This document shows positions 1 to 9,535 of a stretch of DNA of 64,000 nucleotides, one piece after another. Numbering within the stretch: the stretch's first letter is position 1; each line of letters opens with the position of its first letter. Both the position numbers and the translations under genes were made by a program. The notes under the pieces were generated by a model. The model was not told the origin of the DNA and did no database searches. It saw nothing but the letters and a program-made list of their open reading frames with translations. The stretch comes from an uncultured Verrucomicrobiae bacterium (GTDB lineage: Bacteria; Verrucomicrobiota; Verrucomicrobiia; Limisphaerales; JAFGQR01), in contig CAWBHS010000075.1 in the NCBI GenBank assembly GCA_963788655.1, positions 32,001 to 96,000 of the forward strand, in the 5' to 3' direction.

Positions 1-2
1 AC

Positions 3-880
3 GGGCAGCCGCTGGGTTCCTTCAAGGGCCGCCATAACACGATCGACGTGGCCCTGGATGGTCGCTCCCAAACGGTGGTGACGATTGGCTGGCGGCAAGC
101 CAAGGCGTTCGACGGCCAACGCCAACAACCGGTGCAGATCTCTCATTTGACGGGCCGCAGTTACGATGGCGCCGAGAAGTATCATCTTTACGATTGGTCG
201 GTAAATCCCGAGGCGCCAGATTTCCTCAATAAGCCGTCCAACAACATGGCGGACACACGCGGTTACCGGTGCGCGATGGGTGCGGACGGCAAGCTTTACA
301 CGGCTTTCGAGTGCGCCGGTGGCAATCACATCTTTCGTTACGAACCCCGACTGGTGAACGGGGCGTGGGTCGAAGCCAAAGGCAAGAAAGCCAAAGGCGA
401 CCAGTACCATGCCTTCTACAACAGTCGGGCGGAGCACAAGACGTTCGTGGCGCAATTCGATCCGGCCACCGGCGAATATCTGCGCGGACAGGAATTTACC
501 GGGCGGCTCTCCAGTGGTCGGGCGAACGCGGTGCGGGTGAAGAACGGCACGATTGCTGCCGGAGCGGATGGCAGTGTATTCGTCGGTGGTACTGCCGCTT
601 CCGGATTGCCCGTTTCATTTACCCCGCCGGGCACCGGGGATTATACCGGTGGCGGATTTCTGCTGGGATTGAATCCCGCTTGGACACCCGCCGGTTCTGC
701 GTTCGTCTGCAATCAGGCGCGGTGACCCACACGGTGGATGTGCGCCAGGTTGACGGAAGGACCGTGGTCGTCTGCGGCGGTTCCACCAGCACGAAGCCCG
801 AATCATTCTGGACCCAAAATGCCATTCAATCCGAGGCCCCACCGAATAGTGGATTCTTTGCGGTGTTTACGATGGAATGA
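3..880 (+). CDS. Beta-propeller (SBBP-like) protein, 5'-partial, one apparent frameshift near 676
   Basis: The frame is open from position 3. The 48..725 frame reads well to GGFLLGLNP, then protein-like sequence continues in the 269..880 frame (RLDTRRFCVRLQ...GFFAVFTME). It shares motifs with the next gene (ADT...GGN; G-F-x-V C-terminus), and its stop overlaps the next ATG (ATGA). Confidence 0.6.
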
Positions 881-2667
881 GTGTGATGATGCAATCGAAG
901 ATACCATCTTGGTGGCGACGATGTGGCACCCGCGCGGCTTCGGCCCTTCTGTTTTTGTGCGCTTTCGGCGTCGCCGCCGCCAACCCGCCGTTACAACTGC
1001 GCACCGCCAGCTACTGGGGTACCAGCGAGGATGACGACATCCAGGGAGGCGCGGTGGCGGCGGATGGAACCGTGTATCTGGTCGGCAACACCGGGAGCGC
1101 CATGTCGCACCTGCTCCATGATGTTTCCGCAAAGTCTTTCGGCCAATCGGTCACCGAACCCCGGTGTGGGCGCGCTTTCGTCGCCCACTTCAACGCCGCA
1201 TTGAGCCGGTTGCTGGAGTATGCCGAACTGGCGGAGGGCGTGGCCATCTTCACGTCGGTACAGGTCAATCAGAACGGTGTCTATGTGAGCGGCTATGCCA
1301 GCGAAGGACTGGAACCGCTGCTGAAAGGCAAACCTTCGTTAATGCCAACCTATCCGCTCGCAACGGAAGCGCGTTTGATCAAGGAAGACGGGATGCTGGA
1401 AGCGAATGGCTTGAAAGACAAGGATCCGATCGCCGGTCGGCCGGGGCTGGGCCGGCTTGGTGCGCCATGCGTGCTTCGGTTTACGTCGGACTTGCAGTCG
1501 TTGACCGCGGGCACCTACCTCGAAGGTTGGCAACAGGTCTGGGACAAGCACCGCGTCAAGACCATCCGCCCACGGGAGATGTTTCCTACCGAATATTTCT
1601 GGCAACCCACGTCCCTGGCACTGTTCCAATCCGGCGACCTCGCCGTGGGCCACGATGGGGGTTACTTTCGAATGTTGACGGACCGCGATCACCAGCTTGC
1701 GGGCACGAACGCTGCCTTGTTGGGCAAGCTGGCGTTCTACGATTGTTGCGATTGGGTAAGCCGCCTGTCACCGGACCTTGCGAAGCGTGTCTGGCGGCAG
1801 CCAGTGTTTACGCCACCGGTCAACGCCGAGGCAGCCCAACGCCTCCGCGCCTGGCCATTGCCGCATTATAGCAGTCCCCGAACGCATCGAATGCGGCTCG
1901 ATCAGGATGAGAACATTTACCTCTGCGGCTGGTCGGCAACTTATACCGCAAAGGAACCGTGGTGGTCGCCCTACCTTTGGAAGCTGGATCCGGCGACCGG
2001 CAAGCGACTGAGAACCTTCTACGAATACGACCCGCTGTCCGGCGCGGACAATCGCATGAACGGTACGGTTGCCGATACTGCCATTTCCACAGCGACTTTT
2101 GATGGCGCGGGCAACCTCCTGGTGGGCTTGTTCGCCGATGGCGGCAATACCGTGATGGGCTGGAGCCCGCAGGCGCAACTCGGCCAGCGTTTCGAGGGGC
2201 CAATCAAAAACAATGTCGGCGTGAAGCTGGTGCATTGGTGGGGAATGGTGCATCGCGTCAACGCTCAAACCGGCGAAGGCCTGGGCGGCGTGCGATTGGC
2301 CAGCCGCGGCCCCGGCGCGGCCGGACCCGCGTGGGTGGTGGATCTGGCGTCGTTACCCGGCCACCAGGTGCTCGCGCTCGGTCGTTGCAATCTGGATTTT
2401 CCGTGGAGCACCAATGCCTGGAACCGCGCGACTGTGGACGATAATCCCGTCGCGTTCCTGCGTGTTTACAGCCACGAGTTTGATCTGTTGTTCAGCACGG
2501 CACTGCCGGGTGTCGTGCCATTTGAAATCGTGCCGCTGCCGGACAATCGCTTTCTCATTACCGGCCAGGCGAAGCAGCCGACCGCGCCCGTGAAGGACGC
2601 GCTGGTCGGCGAACCGCGCGGCAAGGCGGATGGGTTCTTCTGTGTGGTCCAATGGACGGCTCCATGA
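877..2667 (+). CDS. Secreted beta-propeller (SBBP-repeat-like) protein
   Basis: 596-aa ORF with a signal peptide (ALLFLCAFGVAAA), an SBBP-like start (ASYWGTSEDDDIQGGAVAADGTVYLVGNTGS) and a GKADGFF C-terminal motif. Confidence 0.7.
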   Translation: MSVMMQSKIPSWWRRCGTRAASALLFLCAFGVAAANPPLQLRTASYWGTSEDDDIQGGAVAADGTVYLVGNTGSAMSHLLHDVSAKSFGQSVTEPRCGRAFVAHFNAALSRLLEYAELAEGVAIFTSVQVNQNGVYVSGYASEGLEPLLKGKPSLMPTYPLATEARLIKEDGMLEANGLKDKDPIAGRPGLGRLGAPCVLRFTSDLQSLTAGTYLEGWQQVWDKHRVKTIRPREMFPTEYFWQPTSLALFQSGDLAVGHDGGYFRMLTDRDHQLAGTNAALLGKLAFYDCCDWVSRLSPDLAKRVWRQPVFTPPVNAEAAQRLRAWPLPHYSSPRTHRMRLDQDENIYLCGWSATYTAKEPWWSPYLWKLDPATGKRLRTFYEYDPLSGADNRMNGTVADTAISTATFDGAGNLLVGLFADGGNTVMGWSPQAQLGQRFEGPIKNNVGVKLVHWWGMVHRVNAQTGEGLGGVRLASRGPGAAGPAWVVDLASLPGHQVLALGRCNLDFPWSTNAWNRATVDDNPVAFLRVYSHEFDLLFSTALPGVVPFEIVPLPDNRFLITGQAKQPTAPVKDALVGEPRGKADGFFCVVQWTAP

Positions 2668-5660
2668 GCAATTTCGCAATGATGACCAGGCGTATTTCCG
2701 CGCCCTCCCGGAGGCGATCCGTAGAGCGCGCCTCAGAGCCGCAACCATCCGGGAGCGCCACGGTCCCGCATCGCTTACTGATGCGCGCGGCTCTGTTTGC
2801 ACTCACCAGCTTCGCTTGCTGTTTGCTCCACGCGGAAACCGTCCACTGGACGCTCACGAATCACGCCGGCGATTACTCGAATGAACTCGTTCGACTGAAA
2901 ATAGCCCTCCAAACGCCGTTTGATGCCACGCGCCTGGTAGTGACCGAGAACGGTCAAGAAATCCCGGCTCAGGTCGAAGTGCATCAGGGTCGATTGAACG
3001 GGGTGGAAGCCGGCGACCTCTGGGTATGCACGACGATTGCCAGCAAGGCTTCCCACGGATACACCGTCACCACCGGAGGAACGCCAAGGCAGTTTCAGCC
3101 GCGCGTGAAAGTCTCTCGCGACGGCGATTCGCTGGTACTCGACAACGGTCTGGTTGCTGTGCGGTTGCCCGATGGTTCCACGGTGGGCAATTCGGGAAGC
3201 GTCGGCCCTATCCTGGCCATGCGTGCGACCGGCGGTCCCTGGCTGGGTGCCAGTTCATGGGACACTCCGCTTGCCCTGACCGGCCTCACCACCACCGTGA
3301 TAGGCGAGGGCAAATTGTTCGGCCGAGTCAAGCTGCGCTTCGAGTTCGCTGCGCCGGCGACACCGTTCTTACCGGACGACACCGCTCGTCTGGCGCGCCG
3401 GCTTACGTTGGCGCGCCACGGCGCTTCGACCGGATTCACACCCGCCACCAATTACTACGCCGAGTTCATTATCACGCTGGCGCCGGACCAACCGCTCGTC
3501 ACCCTCGAGGAAAACCACTCGATGGTTGAAGGCGATTCGTGGCGCTTCGACTTGGCGCCCGGATGGCAGCCGCGACGGGCGTTCTCGTCCCGAAGCCGCG
3601 CGGTGCCCACCGAACGCGAGCTCAAACCGGATGCCGGGTTGCACGACCACGCCACCTTGATGTTCCTCCAGCCGCGGTGGACCCAAAGCACGAACTGCGG
3701 CTGGTTCTTCGCCGCGGCCGATAACGCCGCGATGTTGGGTGCAGTCGCGATGCGGGCCGGCCGGTGGGATTGGCCTTACGATAACCCGATCATCGTGCAA
3801 GCGAGTCAGGACAGCGACGGCGCCACGCTGGTCTATCCGACGTGGAAAGGACGCCGGTTCAGTTACCTGCTCGCCGGACCGGTCGGTTTGATCGAGAAAA
3901 CCCCTGCGCTCATTCGGCAGGTGGCCATGCAACCGCTCGACAAACTGGTCAATGAATACACGCTCGACTGGCCGGGACTGGCGCCGGGAGGATTCCAGGG
4001 CCTGTTCTGGTGGGACGGCAACAATATCAATCCCAGCAGCATGATTCGCGGCCTCGGTCGGCGACTCATGAAGAAATATGCCCCCGGCAGCGAACAAGCC
4101 GACCGCACGTTGCTGGGGCAATTCCAAGTCTATCTCGATCCGGACTGCTACGGCTACTACTGGAACCACTTTTCTCCGATCAACCCCAATTTCTCGACCG
4201 ACTTGCTCAAAGTGCCCATCGCGATGTGCGCCGGGTTGAAGGGGCATCCTGACTTTCCGCGCTTCCGCCAAATGGCCGAGGACGCCTTGCGCATGGACCT
4301 GGATCATGCCGTCACCTTGCCCGGCGGCGCCGGCCAGGAATGCGCCGGCTATCTGGCCCACGCACTGGGAGGTTGGCTGGACTTGGCCGAGCTGTGCCGC
4401 ACACAACTGGATTTCGATCCGCGCCAATCGCCCCGGCTGAAAGCGGCCGCGAGTTTTCTGTTGCACACCTCACCGCCGTTGAACGATGGGCAACGGCGTA
4501 TTCTCCCCACCGGTGACACCCACCCGCCCGGACCGGATGTCTTCGCCCTGGCGGAGCGTGCCGGGGTGCGGGAAGAGGTCGCGGATTTCAGAACCGAAGA
4601 ATTGCCGGGATTCGGCGTGGTTTTTCGCTCCCACAGCGGCCGGCCAAACGAAAACTTTCTGGCCTTCAAGGCGGGACCGAATCGCGGCCATTATCACGGC
4701 GACCAACTCTCGTTTCACTATTGCGGGAACGGTCAGCGACTCGCCATCGACCACATGTGCTCGTATTCGCCCCGCGCCGATCAGGAACACATGCACAATC
4801 GCGTGGCGTTTTACACGGACGACTGGCCGTTCGCCAACATGGACGGCTACGAGCGGCTGATCGGCTTTCAAACGTCAGCCGACGTGGACGTGGCTCAGGG
4901 ATTGGTAACCAGTTGGCGTCTGCGCCAACAACCGCGCATCCCGCAGGAGGTCACGTGGAATTCGCGCGGTCCCTATCAGTTGCTGGACCAGGAACTGCAA
5001 TACCAGCGGACCATTGTCCTTGTAAAGCATCCGCATCCAAGCGGCCAAACCCCGGATCTGCTGGACTATTTTGTCATTCGCGACCAGGCGACCGGGCCGA
5101 TGCTCAACGCGGCTTATTGTCTGCACGTCGAAAGCAACGAATGTCGGCAGGACGGACCGCGTTTTGACTTTGGCACCATGACCCTTTTCTGCGCCGCACC
5201 GCGTGAGTTTAAGGTGGAGCGCTTTGACTGGAGTTTCCAAAAAAAGGGCCGGGGCGGTGATGCAGGCTACGGTGAAAGCACCGTGGGCGTGCGGCTTCTG
5301 ACTACCGGCGCCGAGCATGAGTTTATTACGGTGCTTTACCCTGCAAGTGACGCACCCGACATGGAGTCTATTCTTGGTGGGGTTCGCGTGACGCTTGCGG
5401 ACGGCACCAGCGAGGAAGTTGCCTTCCGCACTCCCGGCTCGGACGAGCCGGCCGATGCCGCGTATGTCGTGCTGAAACGTGGCGGTCGCGAACTGGTCGC
5501 ACTCTCCGCCCGGAACCTGAATTCTCTCCGGTCTCAAGGTGACGTGGGCCTGTGCCTTCCCGAGTGTGGCTATGACTTTGGTCCAGTTCCGGATTGGCTC
5601 ATCCGGCAACGGGATCACCACCCGGCGCCAATTCACCTGCAGCAACTCCAGCCACGATGA
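2664..5660 (+). CDS. Secreted heparinase II/III-like (polysaccharide lyase-like) protein
   Basis: ATG at 2664 overlaps the upstream TGA. Has a hydrophobic signal segment and the motifs GGAGQEC..Y, FKAGPNRGHYHGDQLSF and HNRV typical of heparinase II/III C-terminal domains. Confidence 0.6.
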   Translation: MSNFAMMTRRISAPSRRRSVERASEPQPSGSATVPHRLLMRAALFALTSFACCLLHAETVHWTLTNHAGDYSNELVRLKIALQTPFDATRLVVTENGQEIPAQVEVHQGRLNGVEAGDLWVCTTIASKASHGYTVTTGGTPRQFQPRVKVSRDGDSLVLDNGLVAVRLPDGSTVGNSGSVGPILAMRATGGPWLGASSWDTPLALTGLTTTVIGEGKLFGRVKLRFEFAAPATPFLPDDTARLARRLTLARHGASTGFTPATNYYAEFIITLAPDQPLVTLEENHSMVEGDSWRFDLAPGWQPRRAFSSRSRAVPTERELKPDAGLHDHATLMFLQPRWTQSTNCGWFFAAADNAAMLGAVAMRAGRWDWPYDNPIIVQASQDSDGATLVYPTWKGRRFSYLLAGPVGLIEKTPALIRQVAMQPLDKLVNEYTLDWPGLAPGGFQGLFWWDGNNINPSSMIRGLGRRLMKKYAPGSEQADRTLLGQFQVYLDPDCYGYYWNHFSPINPNFSTDLLKVPIAMCAGLKGHPDFPRFRQMAEDALRMDLDHAVTLPGGAGQECAGYLAHALGGWLDLAELCRTQLDFDPRQSPRLKAAASFLLHTSPPLNDGQRRILPTGDTHPPGPDVFALAERAGVREEVADFRTEELPGFGVVFRSHSGRPNENFLAFKAGPNRGHYHGDQLSFHYCGNGQRLAIDHMCSYSPRADQEHMHNRVAFYTDDWPFANMDGYERLIGFQTSADVDVAQGLVTSWRLRQQPRIPQEVTWNSRGPYQLLDQELQYQRTIVLVKHPHPSGQTPDLLDYFVIRDQATGPMLNAAYCLHVESNECRQDGPRFDFGTMTLFCAAPREFKVERFDWSFQKKGRGGDAGYGESTVGVRLLTTGAEHEFITVLYPASDAPDMESILGGVRVTLADGTSEEVAFRTPGSDEPADAAYVVLKRGGRELVALSARNLNSLRSQGDVGLCLPECGYDFGPVPDWLIRQRDHHPAPIHLQQLQPR
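2734..2795. repeat. REP-like imperfect palindrome within the 5' end of the CDS
   Basis: CAGAGCCGCAACCATCCGGGAGCG...CGCTTACTGATGCGCGCGGCTCTG; the arms match the element at 10511-10580. Confidence 0.65.
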
Positions 5661-5664
5661 TTCT

Positions 5665-8307
5665 ATGAATCCAACCCTCCTTCGTTTTATCACGGTTACC
5701 GTGGCAATGGGTCTCCCATTATTCGATGTATCCTCCGCCCCGGCTGCCGAATCGGTTCCCGATCCCGGAGATCCGGCGAATGGCACCTGGCGCGTCTGTC
5801 TCGACGGTTTCTTCCCGCCCTCTGGAAAGCCGAACGCTCCGGCCCGCCGCCCGCTGCCCATCTATGTGATCAGCCGCGAAGGGAATTTCCTCTATGGCCT
5901 GGGCAGCGCGCCGAATTGGAACCAGACGACGTATCCTTCGGACGTCTCCGCGCTGCACTACGACCCGTCCAGTGGCAGACTTTCCGGAATGATCCGGGTG
6001 AAGCTGAATCCCGATCCGTGGATTCCCGAGGACCACCAGCCAATCAACGGCACGGTGGACGTGATGGCGACGCTCGACCAGGCGAACCCGACCAATACAA
6101 CGGCACTGCAAGGCACGTATCGCGGCACGTTCGGCAAGGAAGCCGTTGAAGGCAGGGTGAGCGGTTATGTCGATACTCAAACGCTGGTGGACCTCGCTCA
6201 ATGCCAACTCGTCCTCAGTCTCAACCACCTGCTGTCAGGAGGGCGTGAGCCGTATCATAACCGCCTCGCGGCGCGCTTTGAGGTTGCCGAAGGCCAAGCC
6301 GTCGGCGCCGAGTTCGGAATGATGGGCCTGAACAGCCGGCCTTACGACTTTCGAACCTTCGAGAAATTTCACCTCACGACCACCCGCGATGGGTTCGCCG
6401 GCGAATTCACCATCCCGTACGAAGTGCTGGGAGCCGTGGGCGATGCTTCGGCGGAATACACCGTCTCGATTGAGGGCAAGCGCATCAACAACCTTGGTGG
6501 CGGCGAGTTCACGGTCAAGGTGGCGCACGCCGGCAAGGCCTCAATTCACCACGGCAATTTCAAAGGGAGCATCCTTCCGGCAACTCGACGCGAGGTGAGC
6601 ATCTGGGAGAAGGAGCTAAAGTCCGACAAACCATGGTTTGTTCCGGTGAAGGAATACATAGCCCTGCAACCCGGAGAACACCCGCGCCTCTTTTTCCGAA
6701 AGAGTGATTTGCCGAAAATCAAGCGCCGCGCCGCCACGCCGGAAGGCCGGCAGTTAGTGTCCCGCCTGAAGGCCACTCTGGGCGGCGGCGAGGCAATGCC
6801 CGCCATTCTCAGCCAAGCCACCAAAGCCTACGATGACTCGGTGAAGGGCCGCTTACCGGAGGGCGCTTACACGGTGTCGCATGCGGCGGGCTTCGGCATG
6901 TTGTATCAAATCACCGGCGACCGAAAATACGCCGAACTGGGACGGCAGTGTTTCGAACTTGCCTGCGCCGGTCAGCGGGACCGCGACGACCGCTACAGCT
7001 TCCGCGCCCCCGGGGGACAACTCCGCGCTGGTCCGACGCTCGGCATGTATGCGCTGGGTTACGATCTTTGCTACGACGGTTGGCCCGAAGATTACCGTCG
7101 CCAAGTCGCCCTGGAGTTGCAGAACTGGAGCGACGACCAATCGGGCGAATGGGGGAAAGCGGAGGGCAACACACTCAAGTCCATCTGCCTCACTCCGCAC
7201 CAGATGCCAGCCTGCAATCACTGGGGCTCCCAACTGGGCGCCGGCCTAACCGTGCTGGCGTTGCTGGGGGATCCGGGCACGGACGACCTCTTGTTGCGCC
7301 GTTGCCTGGCGGCAATCGAACGAAACATGGTTCGCGGAGTCACGTCCGGGTTTGGCGATGGCGGCTTTTACAGCGAGGGACCCGGTCCGGCGCACATGAT
7401 GGCCAATCCCGGATTCGTGCCGTTGGTGCAGGCGTTCAAGGTGGCGCTGGGAAAAGACTGCATCACGCCGCGGCCGAACTTCGCCTGGATGACGCTGCAC
7501 TGGATCATGGAAGTGCTGCCGGACTCGAAAGGGCAGCCCATTTATCCCTGCCGCAAGCCGAGCAGCTACGGCAACGAACGTATGCTCGATGGCAATGGCG
7601 GCTTCAGCCACGGCGGCTGGTTCAGCCAGGGCTTTGGGACAATTCCGGACGAGACCCAACCGGCTTTGCTTTGGCTTTACAACCACTTCGCTGCGGCCGC
7701 AGACCAGCAGCGTTGCGATACGTTGAACTACCCCCATCGGGCCATTTTCGCTCTCCTGAACTGGCCGATGGGCGTGGCAGAGAAAAATCCCGCCGAGGTT
7801 CTGGGCCACACGAGCGTGGACCGTATCCATGGCTGGTACGTGTTTCGCAACCGCTGGCAGGACGCCGATGATGTCGTGGTGAGTTTATGGCTGGGCAGTG
7901 GTCCGCAAGGCAATATCAGCACCGGTGGTCCCGACCTGCTGGTGTGGGGGATGGGTGAGCGGATTCGGTTGGCCGGTCTGCCGCGGTGCCAAACGACCTA
8001 TTATCGCGCCGAGCCGGACGGCAGCGGGGTGGTAAGCGGGGGCGGTTACAGCATCGCGGTTGATTTCAGCGGCCACTGCGGCGCCCCCGTGCTGGTAGCG
8101 GTGGCGAGCGAGGACGATCTGGGCAAGTTCAACCTGAGGGCGGACAGCGGCATTGCGTCGGTCAACGAGGTCAAAGCAGGAAAGGCAAATTTCCGCATCT
8201 TGACGATGGGCCGCAAATCACCGCCGGAACTCAGAGCCAGTGGAAGTCAGGTCGTGATCGGCGCCCGAAGGCTCTCGTTCGATGGCGCGAAGGTCGTGGT
8301 GGAGTAG
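5665..8307 (+). CDS. Secreted heparinase II/III-like / alpha-alpha toroid lyase-like protein with an N-terminal beta-rich region
   Basis: ATG at 5665 followed by a signal peptide; motifs EHPRLFF, CNHW, GDGGFYSEGPG and VFRNRWQDADD. Confidence 0.6.
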   Translation: MNPTLLRFITVTVAMGLPLFDVSSAPAAESVPDPGDPANGTWRVCLDGFFPPSGKPNAPARRPLPIYVISREGNFLYGLGSAPNWNQTTYPSDVSALHYDPSSGRLSGMIRVKLNPDPWIPEDHQPINGTVDVMATLDQANPTNTTALQGTYRGTFGKEAVEGRVSGYVDTQTLVDLAQCQLVLSLNHLLSGGREPYHNRLAARFEVAEGQAVGAEFGMMGLNSRPYDFRTFEKFHLTTTRDGFAGEFTIPYEVLGAVGDASAEYTVSIEGKRINNLGGGEFTVKVAHAGKASIHHGNFKGSILPATRREVSIWEKELKSDKPWFVPVKEYIALQPGEHPRLFFRKSDLPKIKRRAATPEGRQLVSRLKATLGGGEAMPAILSQATKAYDDSVKGRLPEGAYTVSHAAGFGMLYQITGDRKYAELGRQCFELACAGQRDRDDRYSFRAPGGQLRAGPTLGMYALGYDLCYDGWPEDYRRQVALELQNWSDDQSGEWGKAEGNTLKSICLTPHQMPACNHWGSQLGAGLTVLALLGDPGTDDLLLRRCLAAIERNMVRGVTSGFGDGGFYSEGPGPAHMMANPGFVPLVQAFKVALGKDCITPRPNFAWMTLHWIMEVLPDSKGQPIYPCRKPSSYGNERMLDGNGGFSHGGWFSQGFGTIPDETQPALLWLYNHFAAAADQQRCDTLNYPHRAIFALLNWPMGVAEKNPAEVLGHTSVDRIHGWYVFRNRWQDADDVVVSLWLGSGPQGNISTGGPDLLVWGMGERIRLAGLPRCQTTYYRAEPDGSGVVSGGGYSIAVDFSGHCGAPVLVAVASEDDLGKFNLRADSGIASVNEVKAGKANFRILTMGRKSPPELRASGSQVVIGARRLSFDGAKVVVE

Positions 8308-8323
8308 CCTGTCCAACCGAACC

Positions 8324-9535
8324 ATGATCACTGCTCGTAGAAGTCTCTTTTTGCTGGCTGCGGTGGTGCTTCTGACTCCGGCCTCTCACGCCGCCGAAGA
8401 CCTCGTGCTTTCAAACAAGTTCGACGAGGTCACCGCGGCGATCTTCATTCCCGGCGACGTGCCCGTCCTGCGTGGGCTTTATGTTCATGCGGCCAATTAC
8501 ACGCTCAAGCCGGACGACCGCTGGGCCGAGGCAGGCCGCGCGATAAGTTTCGGCCATCTCGCGCTCGACATCGACCGCCGACTCAATAACCGCCCCCAGA
8601 AACTCCGTCAGGCGCTCGACCTCGCACTGCCGGCATTCGCCGCACAGAGCGGACACCGAGAGTTGCCCAATCTCGCACTGGCTGGTACTGGCCATTCCGC
8701 CGGTGGATGGGTGACGCAGATCCTGCTCAAAACGCCCGAGCGCGCCATTGCCACCGCCATCGATTGCGCGTGGGTGGTCGATCCTGCCAAGCTCAATCCC
8801 GCCGACAAGTCCGTACCGATGCTCTTCACGCTGGGAGCCATCCCCGACGCTTTCAACATGCTGCCCGACGTCGAAAAACACTTTCTCCCCGCTCGGCAAC
8901 AGGGCTATTTGTGGGGCCTCGGACTCCAATGGGGTTGCGCCCACGACTTTGGTAACGCCGCCGCGCTCATGCTGCCGTGGCTCAACAACGTCATCGCCGC
9001 GCGACTGCCCGCCGACGCTTCTGCCCTCGACGCGGCGGTCAATCTGCGCGACCTGAGACTTGAAGACGGCTGGCTTGGGGACTTGCGCACCATCTCCAAC
9101 ACCTGGGCGGCGATCGCTCCTTGGGCGGAATTCGCTGGCGACCGCTCAAAAGCCGCGTGGTTTCCCAATCGCGCCGTGGCATTCATCTGGCGGGCGTGGC
9201 AGACGAAAAATTCCCCGGTGGCAATTCAGGCGCGGGTAGATGGTTCAGCGCAACTCCCGCCTTGGAATCCCAAGGCGACGCGTGACCTGATGGTAAATCC
9301 AGGTGTGGCCATTCAGCTCGCAGCGACGGTGCGGGACGGACTTGAGATGCAGTCCATTCAGTTCTTTGACGGGGACCGGTTGATTGGTGAATCGGCGTCC
9401 GCTCCGTGGCTGGTCATGTGGCACCAACCCACACCAGGTGCTCATGCCCTCCACGCCGTATGGACCGCCCGTGAAAAACAGCAAGGGGCAGTGAATCCTG
9501 CCCTGGTGATCGTGCGATCGAAAGCAAAGCAGTGA
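8324..9535 (+). CDS. Secreted alpha/beta-hydrolase (esterase-like) with C-terminal Ig-like domain
   Basis: Signal peptide; GHSAG nucleophile elbow; C-terminal Big-type segment (IQFFDGDRLIGESASAPW...GAHALHA). Confidence 0.7.
   Translation: MITARRSLFLLAAVVLLTPASHAAEDLVLSNKFDEVTAAIFIPGDVPVLRGLYVHAANYTLKPDDRWAEAGRAISFGHLALDIDRRLNNRPQKLRQALDLALPAFAAQSGHRELPNLALAGTGHSAGGWVTQILLKTPERAIATAIDCAWVVDPAKLNPADKSVPMLFTLGAIPDAFNMLPDVEKHFLPARQQGYLWGLGLQWGCAHDFGNAAALMLPWLNNVIAARLPADASALDAAVNLRDLRLEDGWLGDLRTISNTWAAIAPWAEFAGDRSKAAWFPNRAVAFIWRAWQTKNSPVAIQARVDGSAQLPPWNPKATRDLMVNPGVAIQLAATVRDGLEMQSIQFFDGDRLIGESASAPWLVMWHQPTPGAHALHAVWTAREKQQGAVNPALVIVRSKAKQ

Noticed and set aside
3393..3420. GCGCCGGCTTACGTTGGCGCGCCAC as a third in-frame REP
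   Set aside because: It is only a degenerate single arm with no clear partner.
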